Assembly: GCA_963843575.1 (NCBI GenBank)
Contig: CAWJKZ010000021.1
Span: 341,006-405,005 of the forward strand
Reading direction: 5' to 3'
Origin: an uncultured Acidobacteriota bacterium
Lineage (GTDB): Bacteria > Acidobacteriota > UBA6911
Length of the DNA: 64,000 nucleotides
Position 1 is the stretch's first letter. Each line of letters starts with the position of its first letter. This document shows, piece by piece, positions 1 through 9,776 of this stretch. Both the position numbers and the translations under genes were made by a program. The notes beneath the pieces are model-generated. The model was given only the letters and a program-made list of their open reading frames with translations, was not told the DNA's origin and made no database searches.

Positions 1-10
1 GGGGGGCGAC

Positions 11-757
11 GTGATCGAGGTCCAGGGTCTTACCAAGGTCTATGGTTCGCTCGGCGCGGTGACGGACCTCTCGTTCGGCGTCGAGCCGGGGGAGGTGCTG
101 GGCCTGGTCGGACCGAATGGCGCCGGCAAGACCAGCACGCTGCGGTGCATCGTCGGGATCGTCCCCCCGACGCGCGGCAACGTTCGGATTTTCGGCCACT
201 CCATGACCGACGACCCGGTCGCTGCGAAGCGGCAGATCTCGTTCATGCCCGACGAGCCCCGGCTGTTTGACTACCTGACGGTTTTCGAGCACCTGCAGTT
301 CACGGCGCGCATCTACCGCGTCGACGATTTCGAAAACAGGGCTGGGACGCTCCTGGAGGAGCTCGAGCTGGCCGACAGGCGCGACGCCCTTCCCGCAGAG
401 CTGTCGCGGGGCATGAAGCAGAAGCTGGTCATCGCCTGCGGACTGCTTCACGCGCCGAAGGCGATGCTCTTCGACGAGCCGCTTACCGGGCTCGATCCGC
501 TCGGTATACGGCGTATGAAGTCGACCATCCTGAGGCGTGCGCGGGAGGGGGCGTCCGTCATCATCAGCTCGCATCTACTGCATCTGGTCGAGGAATTGTG
601 CGACCGGGTGCTCATCCTCAAGGCCGGGCGCAAGATCATTCACGGCTCCCTGGACAACATCATGCGCAGCCTCCCGGAACTGCGGGGCGACGAGAATCTA
701 GAGGAGATCTTCCTGCGGGTGACCGGGGACACGGGGCACGAGGCGGTGCCGCAGTGA
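11..757 (+). CDS. ABC transporter ATP-binding protein (ABC-2 exporter type)
   Basis: Walker A GPNGAGKT, signature LSRGMKQK, Walker B MLFDEP, H-loop SSH. Confidence 0.95.
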   Translation: MIEVQGLTKVYGSLGAVTDLSFGVEPGEVLGLVGPNGAGKTSTLRCIVGIVPPTRGNVRIFGHSMTDDPVAAKRQISFMPDEPRLFDYLTVFEHLQFTARIYRVDDFENRAGTLLEELELADRRDALPAELSRGMKQKLVIACGLLHAPKAMLFDEPLTGLDPLGIRRMKSTILRRAREGASVIISSHLLHLVEELCDRVLILKAGRKIIHGSLDNIMRSLPELRGDENLEEIFLRVTGDTGHEAVPQ

Positions 758-2496
758 TCCGCGCCTTCTTGTTCTACCTCTACCGCACCTCCAGGAACCG
801 GCTCGTCGTGCGGCTGAAGCGGTTGCGGCGGCCGAAGTACCTGCTGTCGGGGCTGGCCGGGCTAGCGTACGTCTACGTGGCGTTTCTGCGGCAGTTCCTG
901 TCTGGGGCGCGCGCCCAGCCGCCTCCTCAGCTCACGCTGGACCCGAACCTGCTCGGACCCGCCGAAATCCTCGTCGCCCTCGTCCTGCTGGCTCTCGTGT
1001 TGGCGCCCTGGCTCTCCTTCGGGCGCCCCAACGCCCTCCTGTTCACGGAGGCGGAGATTCAGTTCCTGTTTCCCGCCCCCATTTCCCGTCGCGCGCTGCT
1101 GCGTTATCGCATCGCGCGCGGGCAGGTGGCGATCCTGTTCGGCGTGCTGGTCTCGATCTTGGTTTTCGCTCGGCCGCGCCTGGTGCCGCACCGGCTGTTT
1201 CTGTTTGTCACGGTCTGGGTGGTGTATTCGTTCCTCGGCCTGTACCGGATGGGGACGTCGCTCGCGAAGACCAGCCTGCTGGAGCACGGCGCGGCCGGGT
1301 TCCGGCGTCAGCTGTGGGTGGTCGCGTCGCTTCTGGCGCTCTTCGGGGCCGTCGTGGTGTGGTTGAGGTGGTTTGTGCCGGCGCCCCTGGAGATGGCGCA
1401 CTCGACCCCGGCCGAGGTGCTGGCCTGGCTGCGACAGGCCGCGGAGAGCGGGCCGGCCTTCTACCTGCTGCTCCCGTTTCGCACCCTCGTCCACCCGGCC
1501 CTCGCCGCGGGAGTGGGCGAATTCCTGCTGCGCCTGGTCCCCGCGCTCGGCGTCCTGGTGCTCACCTACGCCTGGGTGCTGAACAGCCACGCCCGGTTCG
1601 AGGAGGCCGCGGTAGCCCGCGCCCAGACCGTTGCGCGTCGGATCGAGGCAGCTCGGTCCGGGGTCGTGCCGAGACGTTCGTCCAGGACCCCGTTCGTGCC
1701 ATTCCGGCTGAGACCTGACGGGCCCGCGCACTCCGCCTTCCTCTGGAAAAATCTCATCTCGGTCGGGCGCGTGAACCCGTGGCGGCTGATCCTCGTGCTG
1801 TCGGCAGTGGCACTGGCGATCGGTTTTTCATCGATGAGCCGCCGGAGCCTCCTGATGATTGCGGGAGGAATGGCCTCGGGGATTGCCGCCTTCCTGACTG
1901 TGCTGGGGCCGGTGATCTTGCGCAACGACCTGAGAATGGACCTGCTGCACCTGGACGCGATCAAGACGTACCCGATCCCGGGATGGCGAGTAGTCCTGGG
2001 CGAGGTGCTGGCGCCGGCGGCACTTCTCGGCGCCGCCGAGTGGTGCCTGGTGCTGGTCGCCGCGGCGACCCTGACGGGACTGGGACAAGTAACGTGGGGG
2101 CCGTCGCAGAGGTTCTCGCTGTGCCTCGGGGCGATGACACTGCTCCCGTGTCTGAGCCTGATGGCGCTCCTGGTGCAGAACGCCGCCGCGCTGGTCGTCC
2201 CAGGCTGGGTGCAGCTCGGGCGCACGCAACAGCGCGGCATCGAGGCCATGGGTCAGCGCCTGATCACGATGGTTGCGACGATCGTGGCGCTCGCGGTCGC
2301 CGGTCTACCCGCGGGAGCCGTGTTTGCCGCCGCATACTTCCCGGGATCGTGGCTTCTGGGCTATGCCGCCATCCCCTTGGCTGCTCTTTTCGCGGGCGCG
2401 GCGCTCCTGATCGAGGCCACCGCCGTCATCGCCTGGCTCGGCCGCCTTTTCGACAATCTTGACCCGTCGGAGGAACTCTCCGAAGGCAGTCCGTGA
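754..2496 (+). CDS. putative ABC exporter permease (multi-pass membrane protein)
   Basis: Many hydrophobic helices and a FTEAEIQFLFPAP motif. GTG start at 754 overlaps the ATPase stop (GTGA coupling); the 598 start in the ORF track is too far upstream. Confidence 0.85.
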   Translation: MIRAFLFYLYRTSRNRLVVRLKRLRRPKYLLSGLAGLAYVYVAFLRQFLSGARAQPPPQLTLDPNLLGPAEILVALVLLALVLAPWLSFGRPNALLFTEAEIQFLFPAPISRRALLRYRIARGQVAILFGVLVSILVFARPRLVPHRLFLFVTVWVVYSFLGLYRMGTSLAKTSLLEHGAAGFRRQLWVVASLLALFGAVVVWLRWFVPAPLEMAHSTPAEVLAWLRQAAESGPAFYLLLPFRTLVHPALAAGVGEFLLRLVPALGVLVLTYAWVLNSHARFEEAAVARAQTVARRIEAARSGVVPRRSSRTPFVPFRLRPDGPAHSAFLWKNLISVGRVNPWRLILVLSAVALAIGFSSMSRRSLLMIAGGMASGIAAFLTVLGPVILRNDLRMDLLHLDAIKTYPIPGWRVVLGEVLAPAALLGAAEWCLVLVAAATLTGLGQVTWGPSQRFSLCLGAMTLLPCLSLMALLVQNAAALVVPGWVQLGRTQQRGIEAMGQRLITMVATIVALAVAGLPAGAVFAAAYFPGSWLLGYAAIPLAALFAGAALLIEATAVIAWLGRLFDNLDPSEELSEGSP

Positions 2497-2528
2497 CGAA
2501 CCCAAAAACTCGCCACGAAGGACACTGA

Positions 2529-2735
2529 GTACACAGTCTCATAAGTACGCTGATGTATTTCTCAGGACGCAGAACAACACGGGTAATAGACGACAAAAAG
2601 CAAAACAGAACGCAGATTGCGCGGATCCAACGGATTCACGCGGATCGGCCGCGTCCTGTCGCCAGGTCGATCCGTGGGGATCCGCGCGCATCCGCGTCCT
2701 GAAAAATACGTCAGCGTATTTGTGAACATCAGTAC
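2529..2735. mobile_element. MITE-like palindromic element, copy 1
   Basis: About 43-bp imperfect terminal inverted repeats (GTACACAGTCTCATAAGTACGCTGATGTATTTCTCAGGACGC ... GCGTCCTGAAAAATACGTCAGCGTATTTGTGAACATCAGTAC). Both junctions read CTNAG. A second copy lies at 4421-4629. Confidence 0.75.
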
Positions 2736-2972
2736 TAAGGTGGCGGGCGGGCATCTGCGGCGTTGCCGCTCCTCGACGATGTCACCACAGCGCCTGCGTC
2801 GCGGCGCCTGGCATCTGCCCGCCCGGCGCTCGCGCCAAAGTGCGAACTTATTCTCGCGCGAACCCTAAGGACGGAGTCCGAGCCCGCCAGTGCGAATCCT
2901 CCGCAGTAGAAGGATGCTACCTGCCGAATTTCGGGATTTCCGCGTCCCTCCGTGCCTGGTTCTTGGGATCGG

Positions 2973-3731
2973 TTAAGGTGCGGGGGCAAACTCCGCGACG
3001 ACCGGGGCGTGGTCGCTGGTGCCGAATTGTGCGAGCACGGTACAGGCGCAGGCGCGCTCGGCCAACCCGCGGCTGGCGAGCACGTAGTCGAGGCGCCACC
3101 CGATGTTTCGCTGGCGCAGGTTACGCCACGGAGCCCACCATGTGAAGAGGTTCTCGTTCCCGGGATCGAGCGCCCGGCCGACATCGACGAGGCCCTTCGA
3201 GAGGATCCGCTCGAACAGTTCGCGCTCCTCGGGAAGTTGCCCGATGACCCCGGGTTTCCGCTCCTTCGGGTGGACGTCCATCTCGGTGCGGGCGATGTTG
3301 ATGTCTCCGCACAAGATCAGGTCCAGCCCGGCGTTGTGCGTCTCCTCGACGTAGCGTTCCATTGCTTCGAGGAAACGGATTTTGGCCGCGAAGTCCTTTC
3401 CCCCGTTCGGCACGTATACGGAACCGAGCACGAGCCTGCCGATCCGGGCGGTGACGATGCGCGTTTCGTGGTCGAACGACGGGTGCGCGAAGTCAGGCCG
3501 GTCGCCTCCCGAGACGTCCTTGCGGATGTGCAGCCCTACCCCGGAATAGGCACGCTCGCCGTGCCAGTAGCACCAGTAGTCCGGCATCTCGCACAATGCG
3601 GCCGGCACCTGGGATACAGCTGCCTTGATCTCCTGCAGGCACAACACGTCCGGCCGGTCGCGCCCCACCCACTCGGCGAACTGGCTTTCGCGCGCCCGAA
3701 TGCCGTTGACGTTCCATGTCGCGATTTTCAT
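2973..3731 (-). CDS. xth: exodeoxyribonuclease III / AP endonuclease
   Basis: MKIATWNVNGIRAR, LCLQEIK, YVPNG, GDINIA, TWW, WRLDY and SDHAPV motifs. Confidence 0.95.
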   Translation of the reverse strand: MKIATWNVNGIRARESQFAEWVGRDRPDVLCLQEIKAAVSQVPAALCEMPDYWCYWHGERAYSGVGLHIRKDVSGGDRPDFAHPSFDHETRIVTARIGRLVLGSVYVPNGGKDFAAKIRFLEAMERYVEETHNAGLDLILCGDINIARTEMDVHPKERKPGVIGQLPEERELFERILSKGLVDVGRALDPGNENLFTWWAPWRNLRQRNIGWRLDYVLASRGLAERACACTVLAQFGTSDHAPVVAEFAPAP

Positions 3732-3923
3732 TAGCCTGCTCCCTTCGTGAAACAAACCAGTTTAGCACTCTGCGCCACGCACCCGCTTGACCCAGGTCGG
3801 TTGCAGGCCAACCTGGCCAGGGCAATTCCCTACACTTTTTCCCCGATCTGCGCCACCCCAGCTGAAACGCGACATCAACCAACTCATAAGCATCATATTA
3901 TCAATAATATACGCCTGCATGGC

Positions 3924-3939
3924 TGGAACATTGTTTGCT
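3924..3939 (+). promoter_or_regulatory. candidate sigma-54 (-24/-12) promoter
   Basis: TGGAACATTGTTTGCT has exact GG-N10-GC spacing, follows an AT-rich tract and lies about 100 bp upstream of the 4042 ATG. Confidence 0.55.
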
Positions 3940-4041
3940 TTAACAATATGAAGTTCAAGAAATGGCAAGGAGGCCGGGCGTGTGCGTTGCCTGCATTGAA
4001 GTCTCGATCCGGAGACCGCCCGGCTGAAGGAGAAGTTAGTA

Positions 4042-4416
4042 ATGCAGACAAGAGAAATCCCGCGAGATGAATGGGGTTCCTTTCTCAACGGGTTTAGCCG
4101 GCGGCACGAGCGCTGGCGGATCACCGTGGACGTGCTATCGCCGGACCTGGGTGCTCAGACAGAGGTAAAGCAGGTGCCGCTGCTGGGTATCAGTGCCGCA
4201 GCGAAATGCGGGGAGAACAAGATATCCATCATGACGGCAAACGGCCCGGGAGCCCACACCACTCACTTCATCGAAGAACCGCGCCGGCTCTGGCTGGAAC
4301 AATCCGAGGAGGGTGCCGACCGCTCGATCGAAATCGAATCCGCCAACGGCATAAAAACGATCGTGCGTTTCCGCGACACGGTCGAGTCCCCAATCCCGGC
4401 CTGGTCGCCGCGGTAG
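4042..4416 (+). CDS. DUF5335-like small protein
   Basis: N-terminus REIPRDEWGSFLNGFSRRH recalls the family; AAGGAG RBS upstream. Confidence 0.7.
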   Translation: MQTREIPRDEWGSFLNGFSRRHERWRITVDVLSPDLGAQTEVKQVPLLGISAAAKCGENKISIMTANGPGAHTTHFIEEPRRLWLEQSEEGADRSIEIESANGIKTIVRFRDTVESPIPAWSPR

Positions 4417-4420
4417 CTTA

Positions 4421-4629
4421 GTACACAGTCTCATAATTACGCTGACGCATTTTTCAGGACGCAGAACAACACCGGGCGATGAAAGACAAAAAGCCAAAAC
4501 AGAACGCAGATTCCGCGGGGGCTACCTTGGGCACGCAGGACTTTCCGGGCCCCACCGGAGGTCGATCCGTGGGGATCCGCGCGCATCCGCGTCCTGAAAA
4601 TACGTTGGCGTATTTGTGATCATCAGTAC
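4421..4629. mobile_element. MITE-like palindromic element, copy 2
   Basis: Same terminal inverted repeats as copy 1. Flanked by direct TTA at 4418-4420 and 4630-4632 (CTTAG at both junctions). Sits exactly between two convergent stop codons. Confidence 0.8.
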
Positions 4630-5595
4630 TTAGTGGGAAGCGAGATCCCGCACTTTCTCGAGACGCAGTCTGATCGACGCGGCGAGCCGGGAGCCCGGGT
4701 GCAGGCGCAGGAACTCCTCCATCTCAGCCGCGGCCGCGGAAAAGTCGCCGCGCCGCCCGTATATTTCCATCAGATGCAGCTGGGGATAGCTGTAGTGCGC
4801 GGGATCCAGGGTCTTCGCCTTTTTCAGGTGCCGGAGCGCCATTTGTTCGTCGTGCCCGTAAAGGTAGCTCAACCCGAGCTGGGCTTCGGCCATCGGATCG
4901 GCCGGGTTCTGCTCCACGGCCCGGAGGTTGACTTCCAGCGACTCGCTGAATTTCCTTTCGGAGAGCAGGACGTTCCCGAGGTTGACGAGCGGCGAATACA
5001 GGTCGGGCTGCTGTCTCAGCGCTTCCCGGAAACAGGCCTCGGCCTGAGGGTAGTTCTGTCGGTGGAGCGCGATCGCCCCGAGGTCGTTCCAAGCAGCGGC
5101 GAACCGCGGGGCGAGTTTCAGGGCTTTCTTCAGGCACTCGACTGCCCCTTTCACGTCGCTCTTGCCCAGCAGCAGCCTCGATTTGGCGTGCTCGTCGCGC
5201 GCGCGTTGGGGCAGCGTCAATTCTCCGAGCGAGATACTTTGCGACCGTGAGGAACGCGCGTTCAGGCGGAGTTCGATCCTCACTGCGTTGGCCGTGTCGG
5301 CAAAGGGGGGGCCGATCTCCAGGGTCTTCCGCAGCAGGGGCGCTCCGGGAACGGCGGCTACGAGGGTGTAGACCCCGGGGCTGAGCCCGCCAAATCTGAA
5401 GTCGCCGTCCTCGGCGGCCACGGTCTCCTGGGACAGCGGCGCGGCGGCCGAACTCAGGACAATCACGGGCTTGGGATTATTAAATGCCTTCCCGTCGGGC
5501 TGGAGGACCCGGCCCAGGAGGTGATAGGAGCCGGGTTCGTCGGCCACGGCAAGGTGGCAGGCAATGAAAATCAGCCACGGCAGACATCGGTACAT
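4630..5595 (-). CDS. exported carboxypeptidase-regulatory-like (beta-sandwich) plus TPR protein
   Basis: Signal-like MYRCLPWLIFIACHLAVA, DGDFRFGGLSPGVYTL motif, several TPR repeats (AWNDLG, PLVNLG, AEAQLG); start reassigned to Met77 of the ORF. Confidence 0.8.
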   Translation of the reverse strand: MYRCLPWLIFIACHLAVADEPGSYHLLGRVLQPDGKAFNNPKPVIVLSSAAAPLSQETVAAEDGDFRFGGLSPGVYTLVAAVPGAPLLRKTLEIGPPFADTANAVRIELRLNARSSRSQSISLGELTLPQRARDEHAKSRLLLGKSDVKGAVECLKKALKLAPRFAAAWNDLGAIALHRQNYPQAEACFREALRQQPDLYSPLVNLGNVLLSERKFSESLEVNLRAVEQNPADPMAEAQLGLSYLYGHDEQMALRHLKKAKTLDPAHYSYPQLHLMEIYGRRGDFSAAAAEMEEFLRLHPGSRLAASIRLRLEKVRDLASH

Positions 5596-5718
5596 AAGCG
5601 CCCGCCCGGCGGCGCTTGCTGGCGGCGAAGCGCCGCGGTTATTATGATTTGTGCTCGGCGAATTTGGCCTATTATAGGGTGCGGCAGTCTCGAAAAGCAC
5701 GACAAATGAGGGGAAAAT

Positions 5719-6750
5719 ATGATCGGGGCCGCGATGTGGGTGTGCTGCTGGGCCCTTGTTCTGGGGTGCAACTCGATGAGCGGGAATCCCTCCGCCAATG
5801 TGGTTCCGATCGTCGTCGCCCACCGCGGGGCCTCAGGGTATGCCCCTGAGCACACGCGGGCGGCATACAGGCTCGCGATCCGGATGCGGGCGGACTTCGT
5901 CGAACAGGACCTGCAGATGACAAGCGACGGCGTGCTGATCTGTTCGCACGACGCCGAACTCAGCCGGACTACCGACATTACAAGCCGTTTCCCGGAGCGG
6001 GCGACCTCGCGCGACCCGGAGCGCTCGGGTGCGGCCCGGCGCGGCTGGTATGCGGTCGACTTCACCCTCGCCGAACTGAAGACCCTCGATGCGGGCTCCT
6101 GGTACAACAGGGCGAACCCCTTTTCAGCGCGGCCCGAGTACGGCGGGCAGCGCATCCAGACGCTCGACGAGGCGATCGAGGAGGTGCAGGGGCATGCCGG
6201 GCTTTACATCGAGACCAAGCACGTGGATTTCTACCTCGGGCTGGGCCACGACATGGTCGCCAAGCTCGCCCAGACCCTCGCGGCCCACGGGCTGGATGGA
6301 TCCGACGCGTCGGGCACCCCCGTTCTCATCCAGTCGTTCACGAAATCGAGCTTGCGCCGCATGGCGCAACTCGCCCCGCGGTACCGGCGCGTTCAGCTGT
6401 TGCCGATGGAGGATGTCGGCCGGGAGGATACGCGCCGTATCACCCCTGAACTCGCCGCCGAAATCGCGGCCTACGCCTACGGTGCCGGACCCGACAAGGC
6501 GATGCTGGGCCGGCGGTCCGACGTGGAGGCGCTGCACGGGGCCGGTCTGAAGATTCACCCTTACACTTTCCGTGGCAGCACGACGGCGGTGGTCCGCAAG
6601 CCCCTGGATCAGGTCGAGGAAAACGGCGCGACGGTGCGCCGGAACCTCGTCGACGAGATCCGGCGCTACGTAGATATGGGGATCGACGGCGGATTTTGCG
6701 ACTACCCCGATGTTTGGAGGGAAGCGGTGCGCCTCGGCCAGCCGGATTGA
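5719..6750 (+). CDS. glycerophosphodiester phosphodiesterase (GlpQ-like), probably exported
   Basis: VAHRGASGYAPEHT, EQDLQMTSDG, HD, IETK, IQSF, HPYT motifs. Confidence 0.9.
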   Translation: MIGAAMWVCCWALVLGCNSMSGNPSANVVPIVVAHRGASGYAPEHTRAAYRLAIRMRADFVEQDLQMTSDGVLICSHDAELSRTTDITSRFPERATSRDPERSGAARRGWYAVDFTLAELKTLDAGSWYNRANPFSARPEYGGQRIQTLDEAIEEVQGHAGLYIETKHVDFYLGLGHDMVAKLAQTLAAHGLDGSDASGTPVLIQSFTKSSLRRMAQLAPRYRRVQLLPMEDVGREDTRRITPELAAEIAAYAYGAGPDKAMLGRRSDVEALHGAGLKIHPYTFRGSTTAVVRKPLDQVEENGATVRRNLVDEIRRYVDMGIDGGFCDYPDVWREAVRLGQPD

Positions 6751-6825
6751 GCTGCGGGTCCTTCCGCCGGCGATGTCTCTGCCGGATCGGTACTGATTTT
6801 GCATCCAACAAAGGAGAAGAAGAGA

Positions 6826-7764
6826 ATGCCTCGGACTTCGCTCGCGTTCGTTGCCGCAATTGCGTCCCTGGTCCTGCTGTCGTGGGGTACCCAGGCTGCG
6901 CAGCCTGAAATCGTGGGGCGCTGGGACCTGACGGTCGGGACGGCCCCCCACACCTATCCCTCCTGGTTTGAGATCACGTCCAAGGACGGCCGGCTTGCCG
7001 GCCGTTTCGTCGGCAAGGTCGGGAGTGCCCGTCCCATCAAGCAGCTCGAGTTTGCCGGAGGCACCCTGAGGTTCTCGTTGCCCCCGCAGTACGAAACGCT
7101 CAAGAAGGACATCTCGTTCAGCGGGACGTTATCGGGCGGCCGGTTGAAGGGGACCACCGACGGCGAGGGCGGCGTCCTGCCGTGGGTGGGGGTGAGGGCG
7201 CCGGCGCTGCCGAAGCCGAAGAACATAAAGTGGGGCGCCCCCGTGGCCCTGTTCAACGGGAAGGACATGGCAGGATGGAAGCTGAAGGACCCGTCGCTCC
7301 CGAATGGCTGGAAAGTGGTCGACGGCATCGTGATGAACACGATGCCCTCCAGCGACATCGTCAGCGAGAAGCAGTTCACGGACTTCAAACTTCACCTGGA
7401 GTTCAACGTGGCCCCCAAGAGCAACAGCGGGATCTACCTGCGGGGGCGTTACGAGGTCCAGGTGCAGGACGACATCGGGAAGCCGCCGGAAAGTCACCTC
7501 GTCGGCGGACTCTACGGGTTCATCGATCCTACCGAGAACGCGGCAAAGAAGGCCGGAGAGTGGCAGGCCTACGACATTACCCTCCTCGGACGCTGGGTGA
7601 CGGTGACGCTCAACGGCAAAACGGTCATCGACGACAAGGAGATTCCGGGGATCACCGGCGGCGCGCTCCACAGCCGCGAGGGTGAACCCGGACCGCTCAT
7701 GCTGCAGGGGGACCACGGCGCGGTGTCCTACCGCAACGTCGTGCTTACGCCGCTCCAGAAATAA
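6826..7764 (+). CDS. exported DUF1080 (3-keto-disaccharide hydrolase-like) protein
   Basis: Signal peptide; LFNGKD..GW, DFKLHLEF, NSGIYLRG, YEVQV and LQGDH motifs. Confidence 0.9.
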   Translation: MPRTSLAFVAAIASLVLLSWGTQAAQPEIVGRWDLTVGTAPHTYPSWFEITSKDGRLAGRFVGKVGSARPIKQLEFAGGTLRFSLPPQYETLKKDISFSGTLSGGRLKGTTDGEGGVLPWVGVRAPALPKPKNIKWGAPVALFNGKDMAGWKLKDPSLPNGWKVVDGIVMNTMPSSDIVSEKQFTDFKLHLEFNVAPKSNSGIYLRGRYEVQVQDDIGKPPESHLVGGLYGFIDPTENAAKKAGEWQAYDITLLGRWVTVTLNGKTVIDDKEIPGITGGALHSREGEPGPLMLQGDHGAVSYRNVVLTPLQK

Positions 7765-7858
7765 TGACAGAATCCCGTAGGGGCGGCACTCCTTCGAGGT
7801 GAGTTTTGCGGCTGATCTCCAGGACTCGAAGGATTCGCGGCAGCGCCTATCGGGTCAC

Positions 7859-7873
7859 TGGAACTCGTCTTGC
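7859..7873 (+). promoter_or_regulatory. candidate sigma-54 promoter of the tssJKLM operon
   Basis: TGGAACTCGTCTTGC has exact GG-N10-GC spacing, 68 bp upstream of the tssJ ATG. Confidence 0.5.
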
Positions 7874-7941
7874 CGGCTGAATACGAATGTCGTATGCTCA
7901 AATGCAGCGCTCGGCAACCATCGCAAACATCGGGGAATACT

Positions 7942-8403
7942 ATGCGATCCGAAAGGTACTTCGTGTGGTCGATTCTGATAGCGAGTCTGCTGTTCACCCT
8001 GGGGTGCCCGAAAGAACCCGCCCGTGTCAACATGGTCTTGGCCGCCGCCCCCAACGTCAACACCGACCCGGGGGGGCAGCCCCTGTCGGTGGTGGTGCGC
8101 ATCTACCAGCTGAAGGACAAGGGACGGCTGGAGACCGCGGACTACAACGCCATGTGGAAGTCGGACCGGGAGACGCTCTCCGATGATTTTCTCGACCGCC
8201 AGGAGCGGGTCGTGCAGCCCGGAACCCAGGAGATGATCGAGGTCAGGGCCAATCCGCTGGCCGCCTATCTCGGGGTAGTCGCCCTCTTCCGGAATCCTTC
8301 CGGCGACAGTTGGCGCAGGGTCGTTCCGATCAAGGGCAAAAATCAGAAGGTCACCTTCAGCCTGCGCGAGCAGAGTATCGAGCTGAGCTCTTCGGGAAAA
8401 TAG
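7942..8403 (+). CDS. tssJ: T6SS outer-membrane lipoprotein TssJ
   Basis: Lipobox TLGC; N.D..G.PLSVVVRIYQLKD; YLGVVALFR..WR. Confidence 0.92.
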   Translation: MRSERYFVWSILIASLLFTLGCPKEPARVNMVLAAAPNVNTDPGGQPLSVVVRIYQLKDKGRLETADYNAMWKSDRETLSDDFLDRQERVVQPGTQEMIEVRANPLAAYLGVVALFRNPSGDSWRRVVPIKGKNQKVTFSLREQSIELSSSGK

Positions 8404-8414
8404 GGACGGCAACG

Positions 8415-9767
8415 ATGACGCGCCTGGAAAAAGTGCTCTGGAGTGAGGGGTTGTTTCTTACCCCGCAGCATTTTCAGCAGTGGGACCGCTACTACGAGGA
8501 GTTCGTCAGCTTCCGGCTGCGCTCGCTGACGACATTCGCCTGGGGGGTCGAGGAGCTGGAGTTCAACGGGGAGGCGCTCCAGAACGGGGTGGTCGAACTG
8601 CTCCGCTGCCGGGCGGTGTTGCCCGACGGCATGCCGCTCAACATCCCCGAGACGGACCCCGCCCCCCCGAGCCGTAACTTCACGGCTGACTTTCAGCCGT
8701 CCAGCGAACGGCTGAGCGTCCATCTTGCCGTCCCCGCGCTGCGCGCGGGCGGGGCGAACCTGGGCGTCAACGGAGGCGGGCCCGCAGATTCGATGACGCG
8801 CTTCCGCATGACGTCGGCCTCGGTGACGGACGAGAACACCGGCGAAAACCCGCAGCCGGTCTCGCTGGCCACGAAGAACCTCCGGCTCCTGCTGGGCGAG
8901 GATGTCTCGGGGCACGGGTCGCTGAAGGTGGCCGAGCTGCGCCGCACCCCGGAGGGGAAGGTTGTGCTGGACGATTTCTTCATCCCGCCGGCCACCGCCC
9001 TGACGGCCTCGAAGTACCTGCTCGACATCGTGCGCCGCTTTTACGAGGTGCTGACGGCCAAGAGCGTGACCCTCTCGGACCAGCGGCGCCAGAAGGGCCC
9101 GGGGATGGCGGACTTCACCACTTCGGACGTCGCTAACTTCTGGCTGCTGCACACCGTCAACTCCTACCTGCCGGTCATGATGCACCTGCACCACGTCCAG
9201 AAGTTCCATCCGGAGCAGCTGTATCTCGCGATGGCGCGCCTCGCGGCGGAGCTGACGACCTTCGTCACGGACGCGAGCCCGGGCGACCTCCCGAAGTACT
9301 TCCACAGCGATCTCACCCGCACCTTCACGGAGCTCGACCGGCGGCTGCGCGTCCTGCTGGAGACGGTGATCCCGACCCGCTGCGTCCCCATACCGTTGGA
9401 GCGCACGAAGGAATCGCTCTATGTCGGGCGCATCCTGGACGACCGGCTGCTGACCCAGGCCGAGTTTTTCCTCGGGGTGTACGCGCGGATCCCCGAGACG
9501 CAGATCATCGAGCGCGTGCCGCGCAAGACCAAGATCGCTTCGCTCGACACGATCAACTATCTCCTCGGGCAGGCGCTGCCGGGCGTGTTGCTCCGCCCTG
9601 TCCCTATCGCCCCGGGGCCGATCCCGGCCCGCATGGGCTTCAAATACTTCCGCCTCGAGAAGCTCGGCACCTATTGGGACACCATCGCGGCCTCGCGCAG
9701 CGTCTGCATCTATTTCCCGGCCGAGTTTCCAGATCTCAAGCTGGAACTGTATGCCGTGAAGGATTGA
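8415..9767 (+). CDS. tssK: T6SS baseplate subunit TssK
   Basis: VLWSEGLFLTPQHFQQWD N-terminus, HPEQLY, LPGV.L, YFRL motifs. Confidence 0.95.
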   Translation: MTRLEKVLWSEGLFLTPQHFQQWDRYYEEFVSFRLRSLTTFAWGVEELEFNGEALQNGVVELLRCRAVLPDGMPLNIPETDPAPPSRNFTADFQPSSERLSVHLAVPALRAGGANLGVNGGGPADSMTRFRMTSASVTDENTGENPQPVSLATKNLRLLLGEDVSGHGSLKVAELRRTPEGKVVLDDFFIPPATALTASKYLLDIVRRFYEVLTAKSVTLSDQRRQKGPGMADFTTSDVANFWLLHTVNSYLPVMMHLHHVQKFHPEQLYLAMARLAAELTTFVTDASPGDLPKYFHSDLTRTFTELDRRLRVLLETVIPTRCVPIPLERTKESLYVGRILDDRLLTQAEFFLGVYARIPETQIIERVPRKTKIASLDTINYLLGQALPGVLLRPVPIAPGPIPARMGFKYFRLEKLGTYWDTIAASRSVCIYFPAEFPDLKLELYAVKD

Positions 9768-9776
9768 GGTGCCGAC

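Noticed and set aside
2459-2868. Small ORFs over the palindromic element, including mirror-image peptides
   Set aside because: Artefacts of the inverted repeats; no RBS or family motifs
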